A stretch of 64,000 bases of DNA from Dehalococcoidia bacterium (GCA_965198045.1 CBDAOL010000007.1:162832-226831), one strand, 5' to 3'. Numbered from the stretch's first letter, positions 19,484-31,992 are shown. The notes: a model not told the origin generated them from the sequence alone. A program made the numbers and translations.

Positions 19484-20463
19484 GACGCTGCGGGCACAGC
19501 CCGCACACGCGAGCGGCTTTTGCGACCCCCTGAGCCGCGTCGTCGAGCCTCGCTGGCCGAGTGCTTTGCCCTGTGACTGGGGGCACCAAGTTTGAAATCA
19601 TCTTCGACGCTATTTCCAGTCCTCACGGACCCGACTTCAATCGGAGGGCGCGGGTCAGGTTCACCGCGCCGCGAGGCCCATCTCCTGGAGTTGCACGAGG
19701 GCGCCCTCGAAGGTCGGCCCGATAGCGCGACCTCATGGCTGGTCAAGTTCGTCACAACCGACAACACCGCGCAGTCGGGGACGCAATACTGCGTACGCCA
19801 TCTGCGCGCTCGTGAGTCCATGAGCCTCGGTAGGGCTCCGGTGTGACGATGCGGCTAGCTGGAGGTTGACATAGGAATCACGTGCATTATGTTTGTGAAC
19901 CTCGCGGAGGCTCACCGGCAGGTCCAAGCGGCCCCCCGTAACGAGCAACGTGGGGTCAGTGCTGGCCCACCGCGATGACCTTCCCTCTGTGCGCGTGGCG
20001 GCAGCACATCAGAACCGCGACGGACGCCCGTCGCGGTTCTGCACGCTCTGGCCGCCACTTGAGGCCTAACTGACCCGTGACTGCGGGTCGCGGCCGCCAA
20101 CGAGTCAGCCATCGACGCTGGGCAATTCGAGGTGAAGGACGAACAGCTCTACTTCCACGAGCGGGGCGCTATCAGCGACGTGGAGCGGCTGATGACCGTG
20201 CGCAGCCTGTTCGAGGTGGCTCTGGCGCAGTTACAGGAGATGGGCGTCGCGTCACGGTGACCTCGCTCACCCCACCGCGGGCCAATTCGCTAGGCTTGAC
20301 GGTGCCAGGGCTAATGGACGACTGGCGACACACGCACTGCGAGATACACCACTAGGTCAGGGGCACCGAGTCGTTCCCCAACCCCGCTTGACGCCAGCGC
20401 GTTAGACGGGGTTGCGGACCGGGATAGGCGGGCAGCGACACCATCTCAGACCAAGTCCATACG

Positions 20464-20685
20464 GTGGGCGGCGTACAACTTCAGGTGATGGACGAAAAAG
20501 CGACTCAGCGTCTGGCGCAAATCCACACGGAGGCCTTCGAGCGGTACCTCGTGGTGGAGCGCGCGTTGCGCATCGCCGAAGCCTCAGGCCATGAGGCGCA
20601 TCAGCTGCGAGCTAAGCGCGACCGGCTACGGGAGCGGGCGGCGGGGTACGCGCTAGTCCTCGTGCAGAACTCCAGACGCCACTAA
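20464..20685 (+). CDS. small helical hypothetical protein
   Basis: MDEKATQRLAQIHTEAFERYLVVERALRIA; a paralogous start at 27075 supports coding. Confidence 0.65.
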   Translation: MGGVQLQVMDEKATQRLAQIHTEAFERYLVVERALRIAEASGHEAHQLRAKRDRLRERAAGYALVLVQNSRRH

Positions 20686-20831
20686 GTTCGCGCTCTGGGG
20701 CACCTGGATTCATAGCGCCGCTTCCTTCCTCGTGGAGGGCGGCATCTAGCAGAACATACGTGACGGGGCGGGCGTCTGAAAAACCAACCTCTTGGCAGGC
20801 CGCCAGGCCTCTTCGAGATGACTAAACCACA

Positions 20832-20948
20832 ATCGCGGCGCTCGATGGCACCGACTCCGGCGGACGCGACTTGCGCGTCAACGAGGCGAGGCCCAGACGC
20901 GAAGGTGGTGGTGGTGGATACGGCGGCGGTGGCGGCTATCGCCGCTAG
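20832..20948 (+). pseudogene. C-terminal fragment of a Gly-rich RRM RNA-binding protein
   Basis: Manual translation IAALDGTDSGGRDLRVNEARPRREGGGGGYGGGGGYRR*. Confidence 0.8.
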
Positions 20949-21016
20949 TCGCTCGCGCGCCAGAATGGACCGCTGAAAGAGATCGGGGCCTCGCGGCCGA
21001 GTGTGGTCCTTGAGCA

Positions 21017-21046
21017 GAGCCCGCCTTCGGCCGGGCTCCCTTCTTT
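21017..21046 (+). terminator. probable intrinsic terminator
   Basis: GAGCCCG-loop-CGGGCTC followed by CCTTCTTT. Confidence 0.5.
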
Positions 21047-21231
21047 GCTGGCCTCTGGCAGTTACGGAGGTGAGGCCGACTGAACCGTCTCACGCTCAAG
21101 ACCAGCACGGCGGCCGTCATCCCGCGGTCGGGTCGCGCAATGTTGATGCGATGCGCAGCCCCAGTCACGAACGTGTTGTCGAACATCTCCCAGCTTGTCC
21201 ATAATCAGTGCAGCAAGAGGGAGGATCTGCC

Positions 21232-22488
21232 GTGCCAGAACCACTTGAAGGCATCAAAGTCGTGGAAGTGGCCCGGGCGCTCCAGGGACCGGTCGCCGGG
21301 CAGTACCTCGCGGACATGGGCGCGGGCGTGATCAAGGTCGAGCCGGCGCTCGGTGACCCGAATCGTCGCTTCCGCATCGTGGGCGCGGAGGACCCCGAGA
21401 GCGGATTCGGCACCCAGTTCGTGAGCGCGAATCGGGGGAAACGCTCACTCTGGCTGGACCTGCGCGACGAGGCATCGCTGGAGGTCGTGCGCCAGCTCGT
21501 CGATCGCGCCGACGTCTTCCTCAGCAACTACCTGGAGCCCTCGCTCATCGCGATGGGCCTCGGCTACGAACCGTTGCGCGCACGGAACGAGGAGCTCGTG
21601 TACGCGCTAGTCAACGGCTACGGTCCGGTCGGCCCCGACGCCGCGAAGCGCATGCTCGACGGCGCCGCCGCCGCCCGCGGCGGGCTCTACAGCGTCACCG
21701 GGCCACGCGACGGTGCCCCAATGATGCCCGGCTCTACGATCGCCGACCTTGCGGGCGCGATGCAGCTCGCCCTCGGCATCACGACCGCGCTCGCTGCGCG
21801 GGAGCTGCACGGCGGAAGCCAGCGCGTCGACACGTCGGCGCTCGGTGCGCAGCTGTTTCTGCAGGCGTTCGAGATCGACTCGGTGTCGCTCAGCGGCGAC
21901 CTACTGACGCGAGCGGGGGCGCATCACGCGAACATCCACGGCACGTACGGCCTTTACGAGACCACCGACGGCGCGGTCATGATTGCGTTCCTCTCGGACG
22001 AGCCGACGTGGATCGCGTTCTGCGAGTTCGCCGGCCTCGAGGAGCTGCTGTACGACGAGCGCTTCGACACCGCGGACAAGCGCGGCGGGCGAGCGTCCGA
22101 TGATCCGCAGGGCGCGAGGGCGAACGAGATCCGCCCTTACCTGCAGCGGGCGTTCCGGGCGAAAACCACGGCCCAATGGACGAAGTTCCTCGCCGGCCAT
22201 CCGCGGCTCGTCTGGGACGTCGTGCAGGACTACAGGCAGGTTCTCTCCGACGAACAGGCGCTCGCGAACGGCTACTTCATCGAGCAGGAAATCCCGACCT
22301 TCGGCAAGCGCCGGCTCGTGGGCAACACGGTGCGCGTCAACGGCGAGATGGCGCCGCAGAAGCCTGCGCCGCCATCGCTGGGGCAACACAACGAAGAGAT
22401 CCTGTCCTCGCTCGGGTACGATCCGGCCGCGATCGACGAAATCACCGCCGCCGCTCGTGCCGCGGCGGTGCGGCGGCTGAGCGGCTGA
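21232..22488 (+). CDS. CaiB/BaiF family III CoA-transferase
   Basis: PLEGIKVVE, LADMGAGVIKVEP, NRGKRSLWLDL, PSLGQHNEEIL. Confidence 0.95.
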   Translation: MPEPLEGIKVVEVARALQGPVAGQYLADMGAGVIKVEPALGDPNRRFRIVGAEDPESGFGTQFVSANRGKRSLWLDLRDEASLEVVRQLVDRADVFLSNYLEPSLIAMGLGYEPLRARNEELVYALVNGYGPVGPDAAKRMLDGAAAARGGLYSVTGPRDGAPMMPGSTIADLAGAMQLALGITTALAARELHGGSQRVDTSALGAQLFLQAFEIDSVSLSGDLLTRAGAHHANIHGTYGLYETTDGAVMIAFLSDEPTWIAFCEFAGLEELLYDERFDTADKRGGRASDDPQGARANEIRPYLQRAFRAKTTAQWTKFLAGHPRLVWDVVQDYRQVLSDEQALANGYFIEQEIPTFGKRRLVGNTVRVNGEMAPQKPAPPSLGQHNEEILSSLGYDPAAIDEITAAARAAAVRRLSG

Positions 22489-23056
22489 CGAGCTGAGCAG
22501 CTGACTCGGACATCCACGGCTGGACGGGCATGATGCCTTCGACGAACCGGCTCTCACCTCGAGCAATACGAGAGCTACTACGCAAGCGAGTCCACCGGAG
22601 TCCTCGGCGAGCGCGTCCGCGACGACCGTCTGCAGACCGACACTGCCGCCAATGATGGCGTAAAGAGCGATCTCTGCTGCGCCTGACTCGGTGCGTCGCG
22701 CCACCGCGGCAGCCGCGAAGATTGCGACCAGCGCGCCGACAATAAGGACAAGGTTCATACCTCCGGCCTCCATAGCTCGAGTTTCTCCGGGGCCGCCTGA
22801 ATCCAGCCTGAAGCCTCTGTCGCAGCGACTCGCGCCGACATCGACCCGTCCGCCCTGTCACCAACCGCCCAGGATCGATTCTGCGTCGTGACCATCTGCC
22901 AAGAACGCCCCTGAAACCGTCTTGGGGTACTTCGATAGCCATGTCGCGTTTCGTGACGCCGTAGCAACGAAGGCGCGCGCTACCATGCCCTGCGTTATGA
23001 CCTTCGGGGCGTAAGACGTCGATTCGCCCCAGTGGCGTTCGACGAAGGAATCGCAA

Positions 23057-24241
23057 ATGGCCAAGGACGCAGAAGCGTCGAGCGGGTACCCGATCCACTT
23101 CGGAGTGGATGACCCCGACCTCCAGTCACGCTGGAAGGCGCTGCTCAGACTTCCGTTGAGCATCCCGGCCCTCATCTTTTCCTCGTTGCTGCTGGGGGGT
23201 GCTGCGCTGGCCATCTGGGCCGCCATCCTGGTCGGCGGAAAGATCCCCACCTGGCTCTTCGAGTTTCAGATGGCGGCGAATCGGTGGCAGCTTCGCGCCG
23301 CCTCCTACCTGTTGTTGCTGACAGACCAATATCCGCCATTGGAGGGCGAGCACCCAATCCGCTATGAGGTCCGGTACCCAGAGCGAGTGTCGCGCTGGAA
23401 ACTGGTGTTCTGGAAGCTCATCACCTCGATTCCACACTTCTTCGTCATCGGTGTTCTCAGCCTCACGCTCGTTGTCGTCGTACCCATCGCCTGGTTCGCG
23501 ATCCTCATCAATGCGCGCTTCCCATCGTCGCTGCACGACTACGTGTCCAATGTGCTCGGCTGTTGGGCAAGGGTTCAGGGGTACGTCCTCTCTCTCACGG
23601 ACGACTTCCCACCGTTCTCGCTGATGGCCGACGCCCCAGCCGGCGGCCGGACGGCCTATCTCGCTTCATCGACGGTCGGCGTGCTCGCCGTGAGCGCCTT
23701 CGTTGGGTTTTTCTCACTCGTCGCGATTCTCTCGCCCGGCAACGTGACGGTGGAGGTCACGTACGAGCGCCTCCTGTCCGGCGAGGTCCGGCCCGGCGAG
23801 ACCCTGGTCCAGCTGGAGTCGAGAGAGGACACCTTCGAGAGTGTGAAGACGACCGGGACGTTTGAACTGACCGGGGCCGCGGACCCAGCCGACGCGCTGC
23901 TTCCCCTGCTCGTTGTGGAGCCCGGGCACCGTTTCGTTCAGTTCGAACTGGTGATGCAGAACCAGACCTACCTGGAGTTGGAGAGTGACCAATCCAGCTT
24001 CGGCCTCGAAGACGCGGCGGGCGACACGCATCGGCCGATCCTTGCCATTATCGGCGGGCGTGTGCATCACGATCAGCACTCCGCGCCGTGGGACCTTGTT
24101 GATACCTCCTGGGAGGTCGAACAGGGCGAGTCCGCGACGGCGCTGATCGTCTTCGAACTGCTGACCGGCATTGATCCTGTGGAGTTCCGCTTCAACATCG
24201 GCCATCACGTACACCGGAGCGTCATCTATGAGCTTCGATAG
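23057..24241 (+). CDS. DUF4389 repeat membrane protein with C-terminal Ig-like domain
   Basis: Two repeats ending YLLLLTDQYPP and YVLSLTDDFPPFS. Confidence 0.8.
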   Translation: MAKDAEASSGYPIHFGVDDPDLQSRWKALLRLPLSIPALIFSSLLLGGAALAIWAAILVGGKIPTWLFEFQMAANRWQLRAASYLLLLTDQYPPLEGEHPIRYEVRYPERVSRWKLVFWKLITSIPHFFVIGVLSLTLVVVVPIAWFAILINARFPSSLHDYVSNVLGCWARVQGYVLSLTDDFPPFSLMADAPAGGRTAYLASSTVGVLAVSAFVGFFSLVAILSPGNVTVEVTYERLLSGEVRPGETLVQLESREDTFESVKTTGTFELTGAADPADALLPLLVVEPGHRFVQFELVMQNQTYLELESDQSSFGLEDAAGDTHRPILAIIGGRVHHDQHSAPWDLVDTSWEVEQGESATALIVFELLTGIDPVEFRFNIGHHVHRSVIYELR

Positions 24242-24261
24242 CACCAAGACCGTCTTTGAAC

Positions 24262-24464
24262 AGGCGAAGGACGACGACCTGTTCGGCCTCAGCGTCACGC
24301 TGGCGGCGCGCATCGGGGACTGGGGCGAGCCGGGACAGGTGCTCGTGTCTGATGTGGTTCGGCAGCTATTGCTCGGCAAGGGCTTCGAGTTCACCTCGGT
24401 GGGGGAGGCGGAGCTGAAGGGCCTCGACGAGCCGGTGTCGTTGTACGAAGTGGCCGAGCGGTGA
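24262..24464 (+). pseudogene. class III cyclase C-terminal fragment
   Basis: DDDLFGLSVTLAARIGDWGEPGQVLVSDVVRQ...ELKGLDEPV; nucleotide-similar to 16397-16530. Confidence 0.85.
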
Positions 24465-24581
24465 CAACGAATCTGCGTAGACTCCTGCTCACGTGGGTGG
24501 GGGATCTCGATGCGTGAACCTGGGGACTCCATCGATGCTCTCGGGGGTCATGAACCGCCCCGGGTTTAGTGGAGACTCGGT

Positions 24582-25469
<888 letters not shown>

Positions 25470-25473
<4 letters not shown>

Positions 25474-25790
25474 TTCGGCAGTCGCGGGTCGAGCTCCCGC
25501 GCGAAAAAAGCCGAAGCGGCCTTGAGGATCTCGTTCGCCCGGCGCAGCTCACGGTTCTCGCGCTCGAGCTCCCGCAGCCGCGTCTGCTCCTCCGTCGTCT
25601 GCCCCGGCCGTGCGCCGCCGTCGACCTCAGCCCGTCGCACCCACTTCCGTAACGTCTCCGGCGTCATCCCGAACTTCGAGGCGATCGAGCTGATCGTTGC
25701 CCACTGCGACGAGTGGTCCCGCTCGTGCTCGAACACCATCCGGACCGCCCGCTCGCGGATCTCCGCTGGGTATCTGCCTGGTCGTGTCAT
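25470..25790 (-). CDS. IS3 transposase OrfA
   Basis: YPAEIRERAVRMV...ETLRKWVR...ANEILKAASAFFA. Confidence 0.95.
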
Positions 25791-26654
25791 CGCTCCATCC
25801 TCTCAAGGACTGGAGCCTCCAACATTCCCGGGGCGGTTCAGTCACGTGGCCGCGGTCGCGCTTTCTGGCATGCTTGCCGGCTTCATCGTGGGCGGGCTTG
25901 GCGGCCGCCTCGTCATGCGTTTCTCGGCGATCGCAGCGCCTGAGCGCGTGAACGGAATCGCGACCGAGGCCGGCAACCGCGTCGGTGACATTACGGTTTC
26001 CGGCACCCTTGAACTCGTGATCTTCGTCGGTCTCTTCAGCGGGATATTTGGCGTGCTCGCCTACCTTTTCACTGAACCGTGGCTTCAGTGGGCCGGGCGG
26101 TGGCGGACTCTGCTGTTCGCTGTGGGCCTTCTCGTCGCAGCATCTCCGGTCGCGATCGACCCTGAGAACGTCGACTTCGCGATCCTCCGCAATCGACCGT
26201 TGAACGTCGCGATGTTCGCGTCGCTCTTTCTTGCCTTCGGCCTCCTGATGGGACCGCTGGTGCACTTCATCGAGCGCTGGCTCGTTCGGGTCGGAACGGG
26301 CGGTCCAGTGTTCACAATGACGCGCGCATCCGCGGTCGACCCGCCGGGGGTGGCTGTCCTTCTCCTCCTCGGATCGTTGATCAGCCTAGGATTCGGCGGC
26401 CAGTACCTTCTGGAGGACGCGTGCGGCTGTGACGTCCGATTTACCACGGAGGTCTTCCTGGTGGCGATCGCGGCGACCACCGTCATGCTGTGGGCCCTCT
26501 TGTCGGAAGACCATGTGAACATGCGCCGACTCCGGTTCGTGCGCGTTGCCGGCTACGTCGCCCTTTCCGGCGCGGTTGGAACAGGAGCCTTCCGGTTGAT
26601 CGGCGACGTGAGGGAGATTCTGTAGCGCCATAACGTCCGCTGACGCTGGCGGCT

Positions 26655-26757
26655 GGCTGTGGCGGGCAAGGGCTTTGAGTTTGAGGACCGCGGCGAGGTG
26701 GCGTTGAAGGGTTTCGACCAGCCGGTGCGGGCGTGGGCGGTGCGCTGCGACCGCTGA
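26655..26757 (+). pseudogene. class III cyclase extreme C-terminal fragment
   Basis: AGKGFEFEDRGEVALKGFDQPVRAWAVR. Confidence 0.75.
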
Positions 26758-26799
26758 CTGGCCCCGAGACGGTAGCCGTGGACCCCGCAGTCTGAGAAC

Positions 26800-26883
26800 T
26801 GCGGGCACCTGAGCACCATCGAGGAACCCAACTTCGTCAACGGGCTGCTGTTGAACTTCCTGTCAGCCAACAGTCCCTCCTAG
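26800..26883 (+). pseudogene. alpha/beta hydrolase C-terminal fragment
   Basis: CGHLSTIEEPNFVNGLLLNFL. Confidence 0.6.
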
Positions 26884-27074
26884 GCAGCAGCCGTTCGGGG
26901 TCGCCGCACCCGTCTGCCTCAGGCCGCCCACCAGGCGGCTTTCTCGGTCCGAGGCCTGTATGCGTTCGGTGTCATTTGAGCCGGACGCCGAGGGGATGGG
27001 CGCCCCCGCTGCGTAAGTGAGAGTGCGTTGCCTCGTGAAGGAACGTCAGAGCGCAGCGGTGCTACAACCGGCGC

Positions 27075-27327
27075 ATGGACTCAGAGACGGTCGCCCGATT
27101 GCAAGCTGCTCACGATGAGGCGTTCAAGCGCTACCTCGTCGCGGAGCGCGCCCTGCGGATCGCCCAGCACCTCGGGGCGTCTGCGTAGCGAGGTCGCTGA
27201 CGATGACATCCTCGATGCCTTTGCCGCTCTCTACACAGCACAGCGCGTGTCTGTCGAAGAGGCACGCACGCTCCCGGCTGAGCCGGCAGTCGACGAGCGG
27301 GGCCTACGGATGGAGATGGTGTACTGA
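27075..27327 (+). pseudogene. chimera: paralog of the 20464 small protein (5' part) + DUF429-like C-terminus
   Basis: MDSETVARLQAAHDEAFKRYLVAERALRIA, then in another frame DDILDAFAALYTA...DERGLRMEMVY. Confidence 0.65.
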
Positions 27328-27334
27328 CCGTCCT

Positions 27335-27465
27335 GCCTCGGCACCACCGTAGAGACGCCGCAGCCCGAGGGCCTCGTAGAAGGTTGTCGCCGCCCGCATG
27401 TCACGCACCGTCAGCGTGATCGCGCTGTTCGACTCGAACCCAGGCTCCGGCGCTGTATCACTCAC
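27335..27465 (-). pseudogene. VOC/glyoxalase 5' fragment
   Basis: Diverged nucleotide copy of about 29137-29290. Confidence 0.8.
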
Positions 27466-27694
27466 TCGAAGCGGACTACGCGCTCGCGCCGACGCGCGTC
27501 CCACCTCCCTCGCCGCAGCGCGCGAGGGCCGGCTGGAAGCGGGCGACGGCGCTGCGCGCGCGTCTGCGATCTGCCTCCGGGCCAGGCGATTTTCTCTGTG
27601 TGAAACGGAGCGCTCCGCGACGGTCCGCGATCGACGAGAGCGCGGCACGTGCGATCCGTCGCGACTGGCGCGCGCGCCGTGCGACGATACGACG

Positions 27695-27913
27695 ATGGCA
27701 GGTGATGAGCTCAGCTATCGGGCGCCGAGACCGGGCGAGGAGGCGGCGATCCTCGAGCTGATCGACGCCTCCTTCGGGGATCGCTGGCCAGGAATACCCA
27801 TCTCCGTCTCTCGGCTCGAGCACCTCAAGTGGAAGATGAGCAGTCCTGACGGCGTGGTGTACATCTCGGACCGGGAGTCGGGGATCTACGCGCTGCAGGT
27901 GAAGCTGCCGTAG
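27695..27913 (+). pseudogene. chimera: GNAT N-terminus + LVIVD-repeat protein C-terminus
   Basis: YRAPRPGEEAAILELIDASF...HLKWK joined to DGVVYISDRESGIYAL. Confidence 0.6.
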
Positions 27914-27925
27914 CCCGAACAGGCC

Positions 27926-28471
27926 ATGACCGCCGAAGCGCTCATCATCGTCGCCGTTCGCGTCCTCGGATCGCTGCCAGTGCTGCGCTGGGCGTTCGTC
28001 GGCGCTGTGATCGCGATCCTGGTCGACCTCAGCGACCTGTTCATGCGCGACCTGATCGACCTCGGCGGCATCCCGCCCTACCAGACCTTCGATAAGTGGC
28101 TCGACCAGGTCTACATGCTCGCGTTCCTCGTCGTCGCGCTCCGCTGGGATGTCGTGCCTCGGACAATCGCGATCGTGCTGTATGCGTACCGGCTTGTCGG
28201 CTTCGGAATCTTCGAGGTCTACGAAGATCGCGCGTTGCTGTTCGTGTTCCCGAACGTCTTCGAGTTCTGGTTCCTCTTCGTGGCCGCCACGTTGCTCTGG
28301 TGGCCCGACTTCCGCTGGACGCGCCGCAACACGACGCTGGCCCTCGTGCCCCTCGTCGCGCTCAAGGAACTCCACGAGTACGCTATCCATGTCGGCCGCT
28401 GGCTCGACGGCTTCCACTCGATCGACGCGGTCGAGGCGATCTTCGGCTGGCTGGTGTCGCCGTTCGGCTAG
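27926..28471 (+). CDS. hypothetical membrane protein
   Basis: 181 aa, multiple TMs, YQTFDKWLD and FPNVFEFWF motifs, high-GC3 codon usage. Confidence 0.8.
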   Translation: MTAEALIIVAVRVLGSLPVLRWAFVGAVIAILVDLSDLFMRDLIDLGGIPPYQTFDKWLDQVYMLAFLVVALRWDVVPRTIAIVLYAYRLVGFGIFEVYEDRALLFVFPNVFEFWFLFVAATLLWWPDFRWTRRNTTLALVPLVALKELHEYAIHVGRWLDGFHSIDAVEAIFGWLVSPFG

Positions 28472-28509
28472 ACTCCCCACCATGTCCGAGCACCAGGACC
28501 GGTACTTCC

Positions 28510-28810
28510 CGCCGCGGGGGTGGTGATCCGCGGGGGCTACCTCGTGGCGGAGTGGGGCGATCCCGCGCGCGTGGACATGACGTTCAGCGCGACGAAGAGC
28601 TACTTGTCGGTGACGGTCGGGCTGGCGCTCGACCGCGTGCTGCTCGGTTCGATGGACGAGCCGGTCTGCGAGCGAATCGACGACGCCGGGTTCTAGTCTG
28701 ATCACAACGCACGGATCACCTGGAAGCACCTGCTGCAGATGACGAGCGAGTGGCAAGGCACGCTGTTCGACCGGCCGGACAGCGTCGACTACCACCGCGA
28801 CGTGCCGGGC
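28510..28810 (+). pseudogene. serine hydrolase (beta-lactamase-like) internal fragment with in-frame TAG at 28694
   Basis: FSATKS (SxxK), ITWKHLLQMTSEW. Confidence 0.75.
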
Positions 28811-28844
28811 ACCTCGCAGTCAGCCGCCGAGGCGCGCAGCTCGG

Positions 28845-29267
28845 TTACGTACCCGGGGAGTTCGAACGAGCAGGGCGATGCTCGTGACCACGCCCGAGCC
28901 GCCGCGCGAAACTCAGCTCGTGCCCGTCCGGGTCACGCAGGTGGAAGTAACGCTCGCCCCAAGAGGCATCGCGCGGCGCGAAGAGCGGGCGAAGCCCGGC
29001 TGCGGTCGCACGCGCGTGCATAGCGTCGACATCCGCCACGTAGAAAATCACCCGCCCCCAACGCCGCTCTCCGTCATCGAGCGCCACCTGCTGCAAGTTG
29101 AGGTACTGTCCGCCTACCTCGTAGCTCGTGAACGACGCCTCAGCGCCGCCGTAGAGACGCCGCAGCCCGAGGACCTCGTAGAACGTCGTCGCGGCTCGCA
29201 TGTCACGCACCGCCAGCGTGATCGCGCTGATCGACTCGAACCCATGCTCCGTCGCTGTGTCGCTCAC
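28845..29267 (-). CDS. VOC/glyoxalase family protein
   Basis: ITLAVRDMRAATTFYEVLG...YVADVDA...WGERYFHLRDPDGHELS. Confidence 0.9.
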   Translation of the reverse strand: MSDTATEHGFESISAITLAVRDMRAATTFYEVLGLRRLYGGAEASFTSYEVGGQYLNLQQVALDDGERRWGRVIFYVADVDAMHARATAAGLRPLFAPRDASWGERYFHLRDPDGHELSFARRLGRGHEHRPARSNSPGT

Positions 29268-29568
29268 TCGAAGCAGACTACCCGCTCGCGCTCGACGAGC
29301 GCCCCCACCGCGCCGACCGACGGCGCGCCTGAGCCACGCGCGCGGGCCTACGGCGAGTACCGTCATCATCACGCTCGCCATGATGAGCGGCGCCACGCTG
29401 TTTGCCGATGGCGTGTCGCACGGCCCGCTGACGCTTCGCTGCCGGCGATGATTTCCACTAGCGTGCAACCGACTGAGCGGCGGCCTGTCACGATCGATCG
29501 CTACGAGGAATGCAGCGGCCGCCGCGCCCTGAGACGAGTGAGGAGCCGGGGAGCCCGCTGGGGGCGCT

Positions 29569-30951
29569 GTGACGCTACCTGTTGAATCGCTGCCACGCCG
29601 GGTGCGCCAGCTCTACGCGGTCGGCAGCACGGCCGGCAGTGCGATCACTCAGACCTGGGCTCTCTGGCTCATCTACTTCTACGCCCCGCCATCTGACGAG
29701 ACATCAATCGCGCTGCGGGTGCCCGAGGTGGGCGGTCTTGACGCTCGCGTGGTGCTCGGGCTGGTCCTCACGCTGGCGCGGTTGATCGAAGCCCTCGATG
29801 ACCCGTTGCTCGGGTACTGGACCGATCGTGCACGCACACGGTGGGGCCGCCGCATCCCGTTCGTGCTCTTCGGGACGCCGTTTTGGTGCCTGACCTTCGT
29901 GCTGCTGTTCCTGCCACCCGTCGCCGGGGCCTCAAGCGTCAATCTCGCCTTCCTCTTCATCACAGCGGTGGCGTTCTTCCTCACAAGCAACATCGCCGGC
30001 GCGCCGATCGAGGCGCTCCTGCCGCACCTCGCCCGGACCAACGACGACCGTGTGGCGGTGGCCACGTTGCAGGTGATCTTCGGCGTGATCGGCGCGGCGA
30101 TCGGGCTCTCGCTCAGCGCGCTGCTGGTCCAGCTTGTGGGCTTCGCCGGGATGGTGATCGCGATCGCCGCCATCGCGCTGGCGACGCGCTACGTCTCCCT
30201 CGGTGGCGTCTGGCGTCACGCGCTGCGCGACAACACGCCATCGGAGCCGGGCTTCTGGAAGGCGGTGACCGGCACGTTCCGCAATGCGCACTTCATCGCC
30301 TTCCTCCCGAGCTTCGTCTGCTTCCAGGTCGGCGCGCAGTTGCTCGTCGCGATGCTCCCGTTCTACGTGGGCACGATACTGCCAGAGGTCGAGGTGCTCG
30401 GCTTTAAGGGCGCGGATGACGAGGGCATCTTCACGTTCCTGCTGACTGCGGTCATCATCGCCTCGATGCTGGCGGCTGTGCCGTTCTTTGCAGCCGCTGC
30501 CAGGCGATACGGGAAGGCGACGGCGTACCGCTTCGCGATGCTCGGCTCGGCGGCCGCCTTCCCGCTGTTCGCTTTCGCGGGGTCGCTACCGCTACTGCCT
30601 CCGCTTGGGCAGGCGATCGTTGCCGTGATGGTGGCCGGGGCGCCGACCGCTGGCGTCTTCCTCTTCCCAGGCATCATTACGGCAGATATCACCGATGACG
30701 ATGCCGGGAACACGGGATCGCAGCGCGCCGGGATGTTCTACGGCGCGCAAAACCTCGTCGAGAAGCTCGCGTCCTCGGTGACGCCGTTGCTGTTCGCGCT
30801 ACTGCTGCTCGCGGGGGACTCGGCGTCCGACCCGCTCGGCGTCCGCCTCGTTGGCCCGGCGGCGGGGCTCTTCGTGCTCCTCGGCTACCTCTCGTTCCGC
30901 CGCTACCGGCTCGAAGTCGCAGGGGAACGGAGCCGCGCACCGACGAGCTGA
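29569..30951 (+). CDS. MFS_2/GPH-family symporter
   Basis: DDPLLGYWTDRARTRWGRRIPF; about 12 TM. Confidence 0.92.
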   Translation: MTLPVESLPRRVRQLYAVGSTAGSAITQTWALWLIYFYAPPSDETSIALRVPEVGGLDARVVLGLVLTLARLIEALDDPLLGYWTDRARTRWGRRIPFVLFGTPFWCLTFVLLFLPPVAGASSVNLAFLFITAVAFFLTSNIAGAPIEALLPHLARTNDDRVAVATLQVIFGVIGAAIGLSLSALLVQLVGFAGMVIAIAAIALATRYVSLGGVWRHALRDNTPSEPGFWKAVTGTFRNAHFIAFLPSFVCFQVGAQLLVAMLPFYVGTILPEVEVLGFKGADDEGIFTFLLTAVIIASMLAAVPFFAAAARRYGKATAYRFAMLGSAAAFPLFAFAGSLPLLPPLGQAIVAVMVAGAPTAGVFLFPGIITADITDDDAGNTGSQRAGMFYGAQNLVEKLASSVTPLLFALLLLAGDSASDPLGVRLVGPAAGLFVLLGYLSFRRYRLEVAGERSRAPTS

Positions 30952-31062
30952 CCACTACCGCACCGAAGGATGCGTGGCACGACCCGAAACACGGCCGTCA
31001 TCTTGCCGTCGCCGCGGCGAAACAAAACGGTGGCAAGGTACTCGTGAGGGAGGCGCTGCGAG

Positions 31063-31368
31063 ATGATTCGACGACTTGACGATCTGCATGCTAGCGGTGG
31101 CGAGCGGCCTGACCTGCTCGGACACGAGCCAATCAGACTGGCTCACCAGGTGCTTGAGCGCTTCCCCGAGATCGTGCGGCGTCACAGGTTCGTCGCCGGT
31201 GGCGCAGCGATCTCCTCGTCGTTGGTGGTGCTCGCCGGTGCGGCTATCGCGAGGCGAGTACGCGCGGGCGCGTCGCCGACCGAGGCGGTCGGACAGGTGA
31301 CAGCCGACGAGATTAGCGCGCCGCCCCTCATCTCCGAACGCGCACCAGTGATGGCCCTCGCCTCATAA
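31063..31368 (+). CDS. hypothetical protein with one TM segment
   Basis: GGAGG RBS upstream; 101 aa. Confidence 0.55.
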   Translation: MIRRLDDLHASGGERPDLLGHEPIRLAHQVLERFPEIVRRHRFVAGGAAISSSLVVLAGAAIARRVRAGASPTEAVGQVTADEISAPPLISERAPVMALAS

Positions 31369-31622
31369 GCGGGCGGAGAGCAGCGTTCAACCAGGGACCG
31401 CCGCGGACGCTCGACAGCGTCGCGTTCGCTCCGTGCGTCCCGGCAACCCGCGAGGCTCGCTGGACACGGGCGAGGTCGAGGTCGAGACGCGCGCGTAGTT
31501 CATCTGCTTAGCGCACTCGCGGTCCGCGTCGCCGCAAACGGGCACGTATGCGTCTTGCGCTAGGATGTGCGCGATCCCGCATTTGCCGGCTAGGGGGTGC
31601 GTCGTGACGAATCCGCTCATGG

Positions 31623-31973
31623 GTGTGGGAGCTTGTCTCCGACGAGGAGGAGGGCCTTTTCATCCTCACCGAGGCACATTTCACCGACCTCACCGTCTGG
31701 AACGACAGGGCGCCCTGGACTATCGCCAGCCGCGACGAGATCACGGACGAGATGCGTGTCGACGCCTATGAGGGCTTGCTGTTCGCCATTGGCGGGACGT
31801 ACGAGATCGTCTCAGAGGACGGGAGCGAGTACGAGCTTCGCTTCCATCCGATCGTCAGCAAGTACCCCCAAGAAATCCCCGCGTTTAGCCACCATCTGAC
31901 TCTTGACGGCGACATGATGAGCGGGGAGGTTCGCGGTCGCACCGAGACGTGGCGGAGGGTCGCATCCGCCTGA
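31623..31973 (+). CDS. lipocalin-like beta-barrel hypothetical protein
   Basis: WELVS...GGTYEI...ETWRRV pattern. Confidence 0.5.
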   Translation: MWELVSDEEEGLFILTEAHFTDLTVWNDRAPWTIASRDEITDEMRVDAYEGLLFAIGGTYEIVSEDGSEYELRFHPIVSKYPQEIPAFSHHLTLDGDMMSGEVRGRTETWRRVASA

Positions 31974-31992
31974 GCCCCGCCGGCGCAGGCAG